Shown: positions 20,368-30,396 of the stretch, in pieces
Layout: each line of letters starts with the position of its first letter
Position numbering within the stretch: position 1 is the first letter of the stretch
Source: a bacterium
GTDB taxonomy: Bacteria; UBA8248
Direction of reading: 5' to 3'
Length of the DNA: 64,000 nucleotides
Assembly: GCA_965207065.1 (NCBI GenBank)
Contig: OZ242260.1
Span: 3,040,001 to 3,104,000, forward strand
Notes under the pieces: generated by a model
Databases searched by the model: none
Seen by the model: the letters and a program-made list of their open reading frames with translations, nothing else
Told to the model about the DNA's origin: nothing
Position numbers and translations under genes: made by a program

Positions 20368-21006
20368 ATGCAGAAAGAAGACTATATCGACAGGCCGCCC
20401 GGCCCTCTCGGGGGCTTGTGGAGCATGTGGTATCTGGATCCGTTCCTGATGATCAAGCGCGAGTTGAGCGGGTTCAGGAAAGTCCGCCACAAGGCGTTTG
20501 AGGATCAGCTGAAACCCGGCCAGCCAGCCCCTCCGGTGAAGCTTGAGAGCACGTCGGGCGAAACCGTGGACCTGGCCGATTTTCTCGGGAAGAAGAACGT
20601 CGTCCTGGAATTCGGCGCCATCACGTGACCGCCATTCCGCCGGCAGGTGCCGGGCATGGACGAGTTGCAAGAGCGCTACAAGGACAAGGACGTCGAGTTC
20701 TTCGTGGTCTATTCCAAGGAACCCCACGCGCAGGAGCGCAAGTACTTCAAAAAATACACCCAGCACACCACCTTCGAGCACAAGATGGACTACGCGAAGG
20801 AGCTGGTGGCCGAATTCGGCATGAAAATCCCCGTACTGGTGGACGACGTCGACGAGGCGGTGGTGAACGCCTTCGGGCGCATGCCGAACATGGTCTTCGT
20901 CATCGACAAGGAGGGGAACATCGCCTACAAGGCGAGCTGGACCGAGCAGCCGAGAATCGACCGGGTGCTGGATGAACTCCTGGCCGAGCAGGCCGTTACA
21001 GCTTAA
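20368..21006 (+). CDS. Selenocysteine-containing deiodinase-like/peroxiredoxin-fold protein (Sec at TGA 20626-20628)
   Basis: ORFs 20368-20628 and 20647-21006 share a frame; read-through gives VLEFGAIT-U-PPFRRQ and later VYSKEPH, matching deiodinase FGSxT-U-PPF and YxxEAH; hairpin 11 nt after UGA. Confidence 0.85.
20640..20653 (+). promoter_or_regulatory. Putative bacterial SECIS hairpin
   Basis: CCGGC-AGGT-GCCGG beginning 11 nt after the in-frame TGA. Confidence 0.55.
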
Positions 21007-21018
21007 GCGAAGCGACAC

Positions 21019-21052
21019 AAAAGAGGCGGCTCCTCGGGGCCGTCTTTTTTTT
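21019..21052. terminator. Bidirectional intrinsic terminator
   Basis: A-tract, GGCGGCTCC/GGGGCCGTC stem and T-tract between convergent genes. Confidence 0.75.
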
Positions 21053-21061
21053 ATGTGAGAA

Positions 21062-22264
21062 TCAGCGGACCTTCGGCAGGAAGAGCGCGAACGCGCACGC
21101 GGCGATGAAAAAGCCGGGCAGCGCCCAGAAGGCGTTGGCGAGGCCGAACCACTCGCCGAGAACGGACATCGGATAGACCGAAAGGCTCGCGATGAACCAC
21201 GAGAGGCCGAGCGTGATGGAGCTGGCCAGCCCCCGGTTGTGCGGCATCAGTTGCTGGGCGAAGGCCATCGTCACCCCCATCGGGAGGTAGGTGGCGACGC
21301 CCAGGAAAGCCAGCAATACGAAGCCCCACTCGGGCGGCGCGATCAAAAATGCACAGACGCACAAGGCGCCTATCCCGATGCCGCCGACGATAAGTTCTTT
21401 TTTCCCGAAACGGTCTCCCAAAAAGCCGCCTACCAGGACGCCCACTGCGCCCGAGGTGAGCATGATGGCGCTGGCCGCTCCCCCGCTCCAGATGCTCATG
21501 CCGTGTTCGGCGTACAGCGAGGGTATGAGGCTGATGAAATTGATGTTCACGACGGCGCGGCAAATGGTGACGCCCGAGAGAAGAAGCAGCGGCGTGCCTG
21601 CAGAGCGCAGCGCTGTGACGAAATCCCAGATGGAGGCTTTTTTATCTCCGCTGCTTGGGGGTGACTCAGGCTTCGGCAGCCCGTATTTCACCGTCAGGGC
21701 CATCGCGACGGCGACCAGGGTGAACGCCCACAGCCATTTCATGCCCCCGAGCGAGACGATGCCGATGGCGATGACGGGCCCAAGGCCGTGGCCCACGCGC
21801 CCTCCGGCGATGAAAACGCTCACCACCAGCCCCTTGCGGTTTTCCGAAAGCGCGCCCGCGCGCGACGCCATGTCCGGATGGCACAGGCCGACCATCGAAC
21901 CGCCGACCGCGACCATGAGGGTGAGCACCGTGAAGTTGGGCGCCCAGCCGATGGAGGTGATGAACAGCGCGCTGCCCACCATCCCCACGGCGAGCCAGGG
22001 AAGAGTCGGCCAGCGGTCCACGAGAATCGCCGTCACGGGTTGTGAGAGCGCCGCGCTCATCGAGGCGAACGTGAGGAGTAGACCGCCCGTTGAGAGGGAA
22101 ACCTGGAATTGCTCCCGAATCAGGGGCAGCAGAGGTGCGATGAAATTTATCGTGCCGTCCACGACGAAGTGGGCGGTGAACAGGATGGCGAGCGCCCCCC
22201 AGGGGATATCCTGCGCCGGGTCTTGCGCGCCTGCCCCCGTATCGATCTCTTCCGCCCGGCTCAT
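21062..22264 (-). CDS. MFS transporter (Fsr-like)
   Basis: AHFVVDG, QP, HP, GGFLGDRFGKK; start ATG 22264 overlaps the upstream stop (ATGA). Confidence 0.88.
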   Translation of the reverse strand: MSRAEEIDTGAGAQDPAQDIPWGALAILFTAHFVVDGTINFIAPLLPLIREQFQVSLSTGGLLLTFASMSAALSQPVTAILVDRWPTLPWLAVGMVGSALFITSIGWAPNFTVLTLMVAVGGSMVGLCHPDMASRAGALSENRKGLVVSVFIAGGRVGHGLGPVIAIGIVSLGGMKWLWAFTLVAVAMALTVKYGLPKPESPPSSGDKKASIWDFVTALRSAGTPLLLLSGVTICRAVVNINFISLIPSLYAEHGMSIWSGGAASAIMLTSGAVGVLVGGFLGDRFGKKELIVGGIGIGALCVCAFLIAPPEWGFVLLAFLGVATYLPMGVTMAFAQQLMPHNRGLASSITLGLSWFIASLSVYPMSVLGEWFGLANAFWALPGFFIAACAFALFLPKVR

Positions 22265-23457
22265 GATTCGCTCACTTGCACCTGGGGTTGGAGGGCGTTT
22301 TCCCTGTGCAGGAAGATGGCGATGCACCCGCCGACCATGAACATCGAGGCGTAGAAGGTGAAGGCCATTTGAAGCCCCATCGCTTCGGCCACGAGGCCGC
22401 CGATGAGAGGCGAGAGCGCGCTTGCGGCCTCGTTGAAGCCATAGATCATTCCCACCGAGCTCGATCGCACCCGCTCGTCCACGAGTTCCGTGCCGACGGC
22501 AAGCACCAGGGTCGGCACCGGCGTGAGGATACAGGCGACGGCGAAAAGCGCGAGCAGCAGCGTCGTGAGGCTCGAGACCCAGGTGAGAGAGGCCATGGCG
22601 GTGGCGCACATGAAGGTGAGCACGACGATGAGCTTCGTCCTGCCCGTTTTGTCCGACCACCTGCCGATAATGATGGACATTGTCGAACCGATGAGGAAAT
22701 AGGCGCTGAGCATCCAGCCCACCCCCTTGGTGTCGAAGCCGAATTGCTCCGCCAGAAGGAGCGGCAAAAAGGCCATGAAGCCGCGAAAGCCCATGATCCG
22801 GAACGAGGAGAGGGCGATGAGGAGCATCAACGACTTGTTGCGGAACAGCGCGCCGAAGGTGGACCTCGCCGCCTGGCGGAAGGGGAGGCGTTCTCCGAGT
22901 TGATCCTGAAAGCGGAACCAGATGAGCGCCGCCCAGATGACGCCGGGGATGACGTAGAACTGCGCCGCCATGCGCCAACTCGCCAGATAGACGGCGAGCC
23001 AGCCGACGATGGCGGGCGAGATGATGTTCCCCATCTCGCCCCCGCCGTTGAACAGGCCCGTGCAGAACCCACGCCTCTCGGGGAGTTCACGCGTGATGAG
23101 CGCCACGGCCGGCGGATGGTAGGCCGCGCTCCCGATGCCGCCGATGAAGACAAACAGCAGCAGAAGGGAGTAGTTGGCCGCGTAGCCGTAGAGCAGAACG
23201 GGAAGCGCCTGGGTGAGCAGGGAGAGGGCCAGTACGGTCCGCCAGCGCCGGGTGTAGTCCGATATGAAGGAAAGGGGGAACTGAAAAACGCTGTTCGCCA
23301 CCGAGTAGGTCGTCACGATGAGGCCCGCCTGGACGTAGTTGAGCTCGAATTCCGCGACGATGAGCGGGAGCACGGGGATGAGAAGCTGGGTATAGAAGGC
23401 GTTTATGGCGTGGCTGCCCGCGATCGCGAAAAGGTTGAATATCTTCGATGGGGCCAT
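22261..23457 (-). CDS. MFS transporter (Fsr-like)
   Basis: SHAINAFY, SDYTRR, YHPP, GRWSDKTGR; about 12 TM segments. Confidence 0.88.
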   Translation of the reverse strand: MAPSKIFNLFAIAGSHAINAFYTQLLIPVLPLIVAEFELNYVQAGLIVTTYSVANSVFQFPLSFISDYTRRWRTVLALSLLTQALPVLLYGYAANYSLLLLFVFIGGIGSAAYHPPAVALITRELPERRGFCTGLFNGGGEMGNIISPAIVGWLAVYLASWRMAAQFYVIPGVIWAALIWFRFQDQLGERLPFRQAARSTFGALFRNKSLMLLIALSSFRIMGFRGFMAFLPLLLAEQFGFDTKGVGWMLSAYFLIGSTMSIIIGRWSDKTGRTKLIVVLTFMCATAMASLTWVSSLTTLLLALFAVACILTPVPTLVLAVGTELVDERVRSSSVGMIYGFNEAASALSPLIGGLVAEAMGLQMAFTFYASMFMVGGCIAIFLHRENALQPQVQVSES

Positions 23458-23739
23458 AAGACTTCCAGTGATGACGGAGGATGCGAAAAATAAGTTCACT
23501 AGGCTTATAGGTTCTGGGGAAAACGCGCGTCAATGCCGTGCGGCTCAAGCGCGTGAAAAGGAGAGAGTGAGTCGTCTGGTCTCCAAGCCTTGATTTCGGA
23601 GAATAATTGGCGCGAAACGCCCTGTGAATAGGCGATTTTCCTGTTGGTTGTGACGCCCAAAGCGCTTGACTTCCCCCGGCGCGGACGAGGACACTTGGCC
23701 TTTCGTTCGGGTCAACACAGCGATGAGAGAGAATGACGC

Positions 23740-24531
23740 ATGAACCAGCCCCCGGGATTCGATGAAAAGGCGGCACGGCGCGTTGAGGCCGTCTATACAA
23801 CGGCGGACGTGGCCGCGCAGCGCGACGCTCTCTTGGAGATTGTCGCTCCCCGGCCGGGCGAGCGCGTACTCGATCTGGGTTCCGGCCCCGGCTTTATGAC
23901 GCTGGAAGCCGGACGCATGGTGGGGGAGGGGGGCGCCGTTTCCGGTGTGGACAAGAGCGCGCCCATGCTGGCCCTCGCCGAGAAGCGTTGCGCGTCGCAG
24001 CCTCAGGTGTCGTTCCGTGAGGCGGACGCCCTGAGCCTGCCTTTCGAGGATGGCGGTTTCGATGCGGCCATCATCTCCCAGGTGTATGAGTACGTCACCG
24101 ACATGGAGGCCGCCCTGGCGGAGCTCTACCGCGTGCTGCTGCCCGGCGGCCGCGCCCTCATCATGGACACCGACTGGGGTTCGCTCGTCTGGAACGCGGA
24201 GGACGCCGCGCGGGCGGAGAGGATATTCAAAGCGTGGGACGCGCATCTGGCGGATCCTCATCTGCCGAGAAGGTTATCGACCCTGCTCAAAGTCGCGGGT
24301 TTCGAGATTGCGAGCGTGAGGGTTTTGCCGCTGCTTAATACGGAGTATCCTGCGGAGAACTACAGCCACGGGATGGTGAGCGTCATCGTGCCCTTCGTCA
24401 TCCAAAAGGGCGGTGTGCCGAAAGAAGAGGCAAAAGCCTGGGCCGAGGATTTATTGGCGCTGGGCGAACGTGGCGAGTATTTCTTCAGTCTCAACCGCTA
24501 CGTGTTTCTGGCGAGAAAACCAGGGGCCTAG
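23740..24531 (+). CDS. Class I SAM-dependent methyltransferase
   Basis: GERVLDLGSGPG, ADALSLPFEDGGFD, RVLLPGGR, DTDW. Confidence 0.9.
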   Translation: MNQPPGFDEKAARRVEAVYTTADVAAQRDALLEIVAPRPGERVLDLGSGPGFMTLEAGRMVGEGGAVSGVDKSAPMLALAEKRCASQPQVSFREADALSLPFEDGGFDAAIISQVYEYVTDMEAALAELYRVLLPGGRALIMDTDWGSLVWNAEDAARAERIFKAWDAHLADPHLPRRLSTLLKVAGFEIASVRVLPLLNTEYPAENYSHGMVSVIVPFVIQKGGVPKEEAKAWAEDLLALGERGEYFFSLNRYVFLARKPGA

Positions 24532-24532
24532 A

Positions 24533-25423
24533 ATGGACAGATACATCGACTGCCACAACCACCTGCACGGGTTCAGCTTCGACGACTGGGAGCTACAGGG
24601 CATGTGCGGGATGGTGGGTTCCATTCTCTCGTGCGGGAATCCCCACGTGCACCGCGAGATTTGGAAGCGCGCGCCCGAATCAGAAGATGTGAAGAGGCTT
24701 TGGGAGAGCCCCCTCAGAATGGCGGAAGCCGCCGAGGCCAAACACCATATTCGCGCCATGTGCGCCGTGGGGGTCAGCTCGATGACGCGGGTGGACGGCT
24801 GGGAGCGACTCATCGACGCGCTTCCCGGCTATCTGGAGAGTGAGCGGGTGGCCGCTCTGGGCGAAGTGGGCCTGGACCCGGGGCAGTATTTCGGCTTTTC
24901 CTGGGACCTGGAAGATCAGGCCAAATGCCTGGAAGCGCAGGCGCGCATCGCGGTGGAACTCAAAAAGCCCCTGATTCTTCATACGCCGACGTACAAGAAC
25001 CCGAAAGAATTCCTGGGCGGCGTGGACACGCAAGGAGAAGTTTCGCCAGAAGCGTTCAGGCTCCATTACCTGAAGATGGACCTGGAAGTCATTGATGCCG
25101 CAGGGCTTGATCACTCACTGCTCGTGATCGACCACGTGGATGCGACGATAGTGGATTTCGTTCACGAAGAGACAGGCGCATGGTGCGCGACGAGCCTCGG
25201 CAGCCGCCTTCGGCCGATTCCCCCGGCTGCCGTCGTGGAGTGGGTGCGGCGTCATGGTGCGGGACGGATGATGCTCAACTCCGACCTCATTCCCTACACG
25301 TCGAACGACCTCTACTGCATCCCCCGGGCGATCCGCGCCATGCGCCGGGGTGGCATCGCCGAGGCGGAGATTGAAAAAGCCGCCTTTGGAAACGCGAACG
25401 CGCTCTTCGGCTTCGACCTCTAG
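24533..25423 (+). CDS. TatD-like/amidohydrolase-fold metal-dependent hydrolase
   Basis: IDCHNH, ALGEVGLD, ILHTP, IDH, LNSD; ATG 24533 right after the upstream stop. Confidence 0.8.
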   Translation: MDRYIDCHNHLHGFSFDDWELQGMCGMVGSILSCGNPHVHREIWKRAPESEDVKRLWESPLRMAEAAEAKHHIRAMCAVGVSSMTRVDGWERLIDALPGYLESERVAALGEVGLDPGQYFGFSWDLEDQAKCLEAQARIAVELKKPLILHTPTYKNPKEFLGGVDTQGEVSPEAFRLHYLKMDLEVIDAAGLDHSLLVIDHVDATIVDFVHEETGAWCATSLGSRLRPIPPAAVVEWVRRHGAGRMMLNSDLIPYTSNDLYCIPRAIRAMRRGGIAEAEIEKAAFGNANALFGFDL

Positions 25424-25424
25424 A

Positions 25425-26135
25425 TCAGTCCAGAACCGCGACGGCGCGCACCGGCGAGCCCGTCGCGTCTTTCAGCTTGATGGGCAGGCACAGGAAGGTG
25501 AAGCGCTTGCCCACCAGACGCCTGGGTATCACAAGGTTTTCCGTGTTGAGCATCCCCCGCTCCTTGCACACCTGGTGAGAGGGGTAGGGCTCTTCCGATT
25601 CGGGGAACATCTGCGTGGGGTTTTCTATCGTAAACGCCTCACACCCGATGTTGCGCACCCCCCGGTCGGCGAGATACTCGGTGGCGGGCCGGCTCAGGCC
25701 CGCGAATTCTTTCCACCAGATATCGGGATTCGGGTCCTTATAGGACTTCTCGAAATGACCCGTATAGTACAAAAAGGCGTCGCCCTCTTCGATGGAGAGT
25801 CCGTGTTTTTCGAGTTCGCGCTCAATGTGTTCGGTTTCGATGTAGGTCCTGGGCGCGATGTCCGAAAAATCCACGCAAATCGCGCTCGAATAGAAACGAT
25901 CGAGCGGCAACTGGTCGATGGAGGGAGCGTCTCCGGGCACATAGTGGTTCAGGGCGTCCACGTGGCTTCCGGTGTGATCCGAAAGCGTGAGCTTCATGGC
26001 CGCGAAGGAGAATTTCCCCAAAAATCTCTCCGAAGACTCCTCGTGCGTCATCATCGGCTCAATCGCCACCTTGGGGTGAAACGGACGCTCGAATCCACCC
26101 GCCGCCACAGTTTGTGAGAGGTCGATCAGTTCCAT
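25425..26135 (-). CDS. Cyclase family (kynurenine formamidase-like) metal hydrolase
   Basis: LIDLS, HTGSHVDALNH, ENL, DATGSPVRAVA. Confidence 0.88.
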   Translation of the reverse strand: MELIDLSQTVAAGGFERPFHPKVAIEPMMTHEESSERFLGKFSFAAMKLTLSDHTGSHVDALNHYVPGDAPSIDQLPLDRFYSSAICVDFSDIAPRTYIETEHIERELEKHGLSIEEGDAFLYYTGHFEKSYKDPNPDIWWKEFAGLSRPATEYLADRGVRNIGCEAFTIENPTQMFPESEEPYPSHQVCKERGMLNTENLVIPRRLVGKRFTFLCLPIKLKDATGSPVRAVAVLD

Positions 26136-26180
26136 GAAATTTTATCCTTTCCTCGTAGAACGCGAATCAAATCTTCGTCT

Positions 26181-27767
26181 TTACGCCATCATGGTCTCGA
26201 CGGGCGCCCAGAAGCGATCGATGTGCAGATCTTCGGCTATCGCGTTCGCGCAGTTGTAGCCGGGCGCTCCCGTCACCGCGCCGCCCACGTGTGAACTCGA
26301 ACCGCAGAGATACAGTTTCCCGACAGGCGTGCGGAAGTCGCTCACATCGGGGTGCGGGCGGTTGTAGCCCAACTGTTCGGGAACGTAGGCGCCCACGTGG
26401 TGGCTCGCCCGGACGAAGTTCGGGTTCATGCGCACGATGTCGAGCGGCGTGTAGAGATAGCTGCCCATGATGTTGTCGTGGTTGATGTTGGGCGCATAGG
26501 GCTTCCAGGAGTCGATGAAGTGCTGGGTGTATTCCTCGCGCCGCGTGTCCCACGCTTCGGCCCCGCCGTCTTTCAGTTCATAGGGCGCAAACGGCCACCA
26601 GTAGCCCACGTGCGTGCCGTCGGGCGAGTAGGTCGGGTCGAAGTGGCTGTTGCTCCCGCCGTTGCCCATGAGCTTGGGCAGTTCGCCGTCGTGGATCGTC
26701 TCGAAGCACTCGTTGATCTCCTCGGTCGAATCCGCGCCCCAGAAGATGTTGAACGTCTTGTTGATGTCGGGATCGAATTTCGCAGCTTTGAAGTCGGGCG
26801 CTTCCTTGAGCGCGAGGTGGATGGTGCAGAGCCCGTGGCTCGCCCACTGGAACTCCAGCGCCGCCTTGGCGAGTCTGCCGCCGAAGTAATCCTCCCCTGC
26901 CAGGCGCACCGTGAGCGGCCAGTTTACCCCGCTTGCCACGAACTCGGTGGCTTCGATGCGGGTTCCGTCTTCCAGAATGACGCCGGTCGCGTCCCCGCTT
27001 TCGACCGTGATCTCGCGGACATCGGCGTTGGTAAGCACCTTGCCGCCGCCTCGCACGACCACGCGCTCCAGCGCCCGTGTGAAGTTCACCGACCCGCCCA
27101 CGGGCAGGGCGAAGCTAGCGATGCGCGAGAAGATTCTCGGGAAGAAGATGCCGGTCGTTGGCGTGTTTTCGAGGGTGAAGGAGCCGAGGAAGAGCTTGAA
27201 CAGCACGCGCAGCCTGTCGTCCTCGAAATGCTGGTCCACCGCCTCGTACATGCTGAGGTTCGCATAGCTCAGGAATTCGCGCCCCAGCGGCCCCGCGAAG
27301 CGCTCTTTCAGTTCTTCTGGCGGCAGGGGAGCGCAGTACATGAAGGAGGTGATGATGTCGAGCATCCCCTCGGTGAATTTGACGTGGAGGTCGCGGTAGG
27401 TTTTCGCGTCGTTCTTGTTGATGCGCTCGATAGATTTGACGGTCTTCTCCACGTCGCGGTGGATGACGAACGCCGTGTCGTCGCTGAACAGGCAGCCTTG
27501 CTGATATTCCGGGAAGATGAGGCTGAAGCCGTATTCGTGGAGTTCCAGGTCGCGCAGGATGGGGCTTCTCTCCAGACCCACGTAATAGTTCGAGTGCAGG
27601 TTGTGCTTGAACCCCGGGAGGGTCACTTCGTGCGTAGAGCAGCCACCGCCAGCGACATCGGAGCGTTCCAGAACGGCTACCTTTTTCCCGGCTTTCGCCA
27701 GATAGGCGGCGCATACCAGGCTGTTGTGCCCTCCGCCGACGAACAATCCATCGTAAGATTCGGTCAT
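26181..27767 (-). CDS. NAD(P)/FAD-dependent oxidoreductase (phytoene dehydrogenase-like)
   Basis: GGGHNSLVCAAYLAKAG..LER, TLPGF, TPLD, LYLCGS..HVGGAVTGAPGYNCA. Confidence 0.88.
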   Translation of the reverse strand: MTESYDGLFVGGGHNSLVCAAYLAKAGKKVAVLERSDVAGGGCSTHEVTLPGFKHNLHSNYYVGLERSPILRDLELHEYGFSLIFPEYQQGCLFSDDTAFVIHRDVEKTVKSIERINKNDAKTYRDLHVKFTEGMLDIITSFMYCAPLPPEELKERFAGPLGREFLSYANLSMYEAVDQHFEDDRLRVLFKLFLGSFTLENTPTTGIFFPRIFSRIASFALPVGGSVNFTRALERVVVRGGGKVLTNADVREITVESGDATGVILEDGTRIEATEFVASGVNWPLTVRLAGEDYFGGRLAKAALEFQWASHGLCTIHLALKEAPDFKAAKFDPDINKTFNIFWGADSTEEINECFETIHDGELPKLMGNGGSNSHFDPTYSPDGTHVGYWWPFAPYELKDGGAEAWDTRREEYTQHFIDSWKPYAPNINHDNIMGSYLYTPLDIVRMNPNFVRASHHVGAYVPEQLGYNRPHPDVSDFRTPVGKLYLCGSSSHVGGAVTGAPGYNCANAIAEDLHIDRFWAPVETMMA

Positions 27768-27876
27768 GATCCCTCTCCTCTGAAAGGACTCAGCCTCACG
27801 GGCTGCTTCACTGTTTGGTCTGACTGTGGCCCTATTCTGCCCTTTTGCGGCGGATATCTCAATACGCCATTACATC

Positions 27877-28269
27877 TCAGGCCTCGGGGATATAAGCCGT
27901 GGCGTCGATTTCCACGAGAAAATCCTCTGAAGCCAGCCCGTCCACGATGACGCCCGTGCTTGCGGGCGCATGGGGGCCGAAGTATTCCGCGATCACCGCG
28001 TAGACGGGTTTCCGGTACGCCCTGTCGGTGATGTAGTTTGTGAGCTTCACGACGTGGGATAGGTCGCCTCCCGCCTCTTCGAGAAGCTGCTTTATGTTCT
28101 CGCACGCCTGACGGGCCTGGGCGGCGGCGTCGCCGAGGGCGGGCGGGGCGCCGTCGAGCCCCTCTCCCGTCTGGCCCGCGAGATAGAGCGTCCTGCCCGC
28201 CAGAAGGGCCTGGGAGTAGCTCCCCGGCCCGGCGGTGACATGCGTGGTGTGGAATTTTAGAAAGGACAT
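27877..28269 (-). CDS. RidA/YjgF family protein
   Basis: YSQA, LYLAGQ, PAST, LVEIDATA. Confidence 0.88.
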   Translation of the reverse strand: MSFLKFHTTHVTAGPGSYSQALLAGRTLYLAGQTGEGLDGAPPALGDAAAQARQACENIKQLLEEAGGDLSHVVKLTNYITDRAYRKPVYAVIAEYFGPHAPASTGVIVDGLASEDFLVEIDATAYIPEA

Positions 28270-28402
28270 GGTCTGGTCTCCAGAGATCAGCGGAAAAGCG
28301 GGAATGCGTCGTTGGTGGCGCTCCTGTGGCGCATATATGATCTTTACTGCCAGGGTATAAGGGGAACACGGCGGGCTGCGGACTGCCCACGACGCGCGCC
28401 GG

Positions 28403-28798
28403 CTACTCCATGTCGAACATCGCCGTGGACGCGACCTCGATCAGGTTGTTCTCCGGGTCTCTGAAGAAGATTTGGGGGTAGCCGTAAGGTTCATCATGAA
28501 ACGGGACGCCGTGCGCCTTGAGCCTCTCCTTCATCCCCTCGAGATCTTCGGTCACCATCCCGAAATGATGGTCCATGTATCCATCCTCATTGTCGCTGAT
28601 GGAGTGGGACACATGCGTATCGCTCACCTTGGCGAGATGGATCTGGTGGTCCTCTCCCGCCTCATACCAATAGCCCGGGAAGGGGAAGTGGGGGCGGGGC
28701 ATTTCGGGAAGTTCCAGAATTTCGTTGTAGAATTTGTGCATGGCCGGCAGATCCCGGCAATAGATGCTGAAATGCTGCAGGAATTTGATCTTGGACAT
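28403..28798 (-). CDS. VOC/glyoxalase family protein
   Basis: QHFSI, RPHFPFPGYW, HHFG, FFRDPENNLIE. Confidence 0.88.
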   Translation of the reverse strand: MSKIKFLQHFSIYCRDLPAMHKFYNEILELPEMPRPHFPFPGYWYEAGEDHQIHLAKVSDTHVSHSISDNEDGYMDHHFGMVTEDLEGMKERLKAHGVPFHDEPYGYPQIFFRDPENNLIEVASTAMFDME

Positions 28799-28941
28799 CG
28801 GCGTCTCTCCTCAAGGTGTCGGTTTTTCTCTCACACTAATAATGCTCTTTTCCCTCTCTGGCAAGGCGCGGCTTACAGCGGAGATACTCAAATCCGCCCG
28901 ATTGTCGTATTCTGCTGAAACATCTAACAGGAGGATTTCCC

Positions 28942-30345
28942 ATGGCGGGTCGTTTCGTGATCGAAAACGCCTGCGTCCTGACGCAAAACGAGACGCGTCA
29001 GGTCATCCCTCGCGCATCCGTGCTGATCGAGGATGGCCGGGTCGCCGATGTTTCAGAGTCCAAGATTAATGCCGGCGCAGCGCAGGTGGTAGATGGCGAG
29101 GGAATGGCCCTCATGCCGGGGCTGGTGAACGCCCACAGCCACATCATGTGCATTCTGCTGCGCGGCGGCCTGGGCGCGGACAGGCGGCTGATGGACTGGC
29201 GACTGAATGTCATGGCGCCCGGCCAGGTTGCCTATACGCCGGAGGATGCGGCGCTTGCCGTCAAGCTCTTCGCTTGCGAGGCGATTCGCTCGGGCACCAC
29301 GGCGGTAGTGACGAACGAGCGCGTCCCCATCCCCTTGGCCGAAGCGATGATAGAGGCCATGGACGATTCGGGTATGCGGAGCGTCTTCGCTTTGAGTTTC
29401 AACGAAATGTCTCCTTCTGGAAAACTCGCCGAGCGGGCGCACTCCCACATCGCCGCATGGGGCAAGACCTTTCCGCCAAGCTTGAAGACAAGGGAAGAGG
29501 TGTTGGAGGAGACATCCCATCTGGTGGATAAATACCACGGCCGCTCGGCGGGACGGGTTCTCGTCTGGCCGGGGCCGAACATTCCCGTCTACGTGAAGCC
29601 CGAGACCTTCCGCGAGGTGGATGAATGGGCCGGAAAGCGCGGGCTTCGCGTTTCCACGCACGTATCGGAAGACCCGATGGAGTCGGAAGTCGGCGGTCTT
29701 CCCGTCGTGCAGCACCTGGCGGCCTGGGGGCTGCTCTCGGAGCGCCTCGTCGCCGGCCACTGCATCCACTTGAGCGAGGAGGACATACGGCTCTTGAAGG
29801 AATCAGGAACTCAGGTGGTGCATCTCCCATCGAGCAATATGTATCTGGGTTCGGGCGTCTCGCCGGTGCCCCGCATGCTGGGCTACGGAATACCCGTGGC
29901 CTTGGGGACTGACAACGCTAACTGCAACGATCTGGTAAACATGTTCTGGGAGATAAGGCTCGCCTGCCTGCTCCATAAAGGGGTGCATCAGGATCCCGCC
30001 GCCATCACGGCGCAGCAGGTGCTTGATATGGCCACGCGCAACGGGGGGCGCGCGCTCGGACTCGAAGCGGAGACAGGGAGCATAGAGGTGGGCAAGCGGG
30101 CGGACATGATTCTGCTCGACATGAGCGGGCCGCATATGCACCCGAATCATCATTTGCCTTCTGTTCTCGCGTATCAGACCCACGGGACTGAGGTGCGCTG
30201 GGTCTGGGTGGATGGCGAGCCGCTCATGGAGGCAGGGCGGTTGGCCAAGATGAGCGAGGATGAGGAGCGCGCGATTCGCGAGGAGGCGCAGGCGGCATCT
30301 GCCGCCATCGTCGAGCGGGCGGGCCTGGTGGTTCCGGGAGCATGA
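28942..30345 (+). CDS. Amidohydrolase (MTA/SAH deaminase / AtzA-TriA-like group)
   Basis: MPGLVNAHSH, HVSE, GHCIHL, ALGTD, GSIEVGKRAD. Confidence 0.88.
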   Translation: MAGRFVIENACVLTQNETRQVIPRASVLIEDGRVADVSESKINAGAAQVVDGEGMALMPGLVNAHSHIMCILLRGGLGADRRLMDWRLNVMAPGQVAYTPEDAALAVKLFACEAIRSGTTAVVTNERVPIPLAEAMIEAMDDSGMRSVFALSFNEMSPSGKLAERAHSHIAAWGKTFPPSLKTREEVLEETSHLVDKYHGRSAGRVLVWPGPNIPVYVKPETFREVDEWAGKRGLRVSTHVSEDPMESEVGGLPVVQHLAAWGLLSERLVAGHCIHLSEEDIRLLKESGTQVVHLPSSNMYLGSGVSPVPRMLGYGIPVALGTDNANCNDLVNMFWEIRLACLLHKGVHQDPAAITAQQVLDMATRNGGRALGLEAETGSIEVGKRADMILLDMSGPHMHPNHHLPSVLAYQTHGTEVRWVWVDGEPLMEAGRLAKMSEDEERAIREEAQAASAAIVERAGLVVPGA

Positions 30346-30396
30346 AGCGGCGTTCGTGCATCGGATGCCTTAGACGCACAGTGAGGAGGATTTACC

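Noticed and set aside
20626-20628. Nonsense-mutation pseudogene reading of the TGA codons at 20626, 50864 and 56058
   Set aside because: Each TGA sits at the known Sec/Cys catalytic position of its family and the downstream frame is intact
22265-22978. N-terminal 238 aa of the 638-aa ORF 21062-22978
   Set aside because: Out-of-frame overlap with the upstream MFS gene; the real start is ATG 22264
26352-27950. Long antisense ORFs (26352-27950, also 22276-23493, 43217-44962, 45079-46626)
   Set aside because: Shadow frames of GC-rich genes with no recognisable motifs
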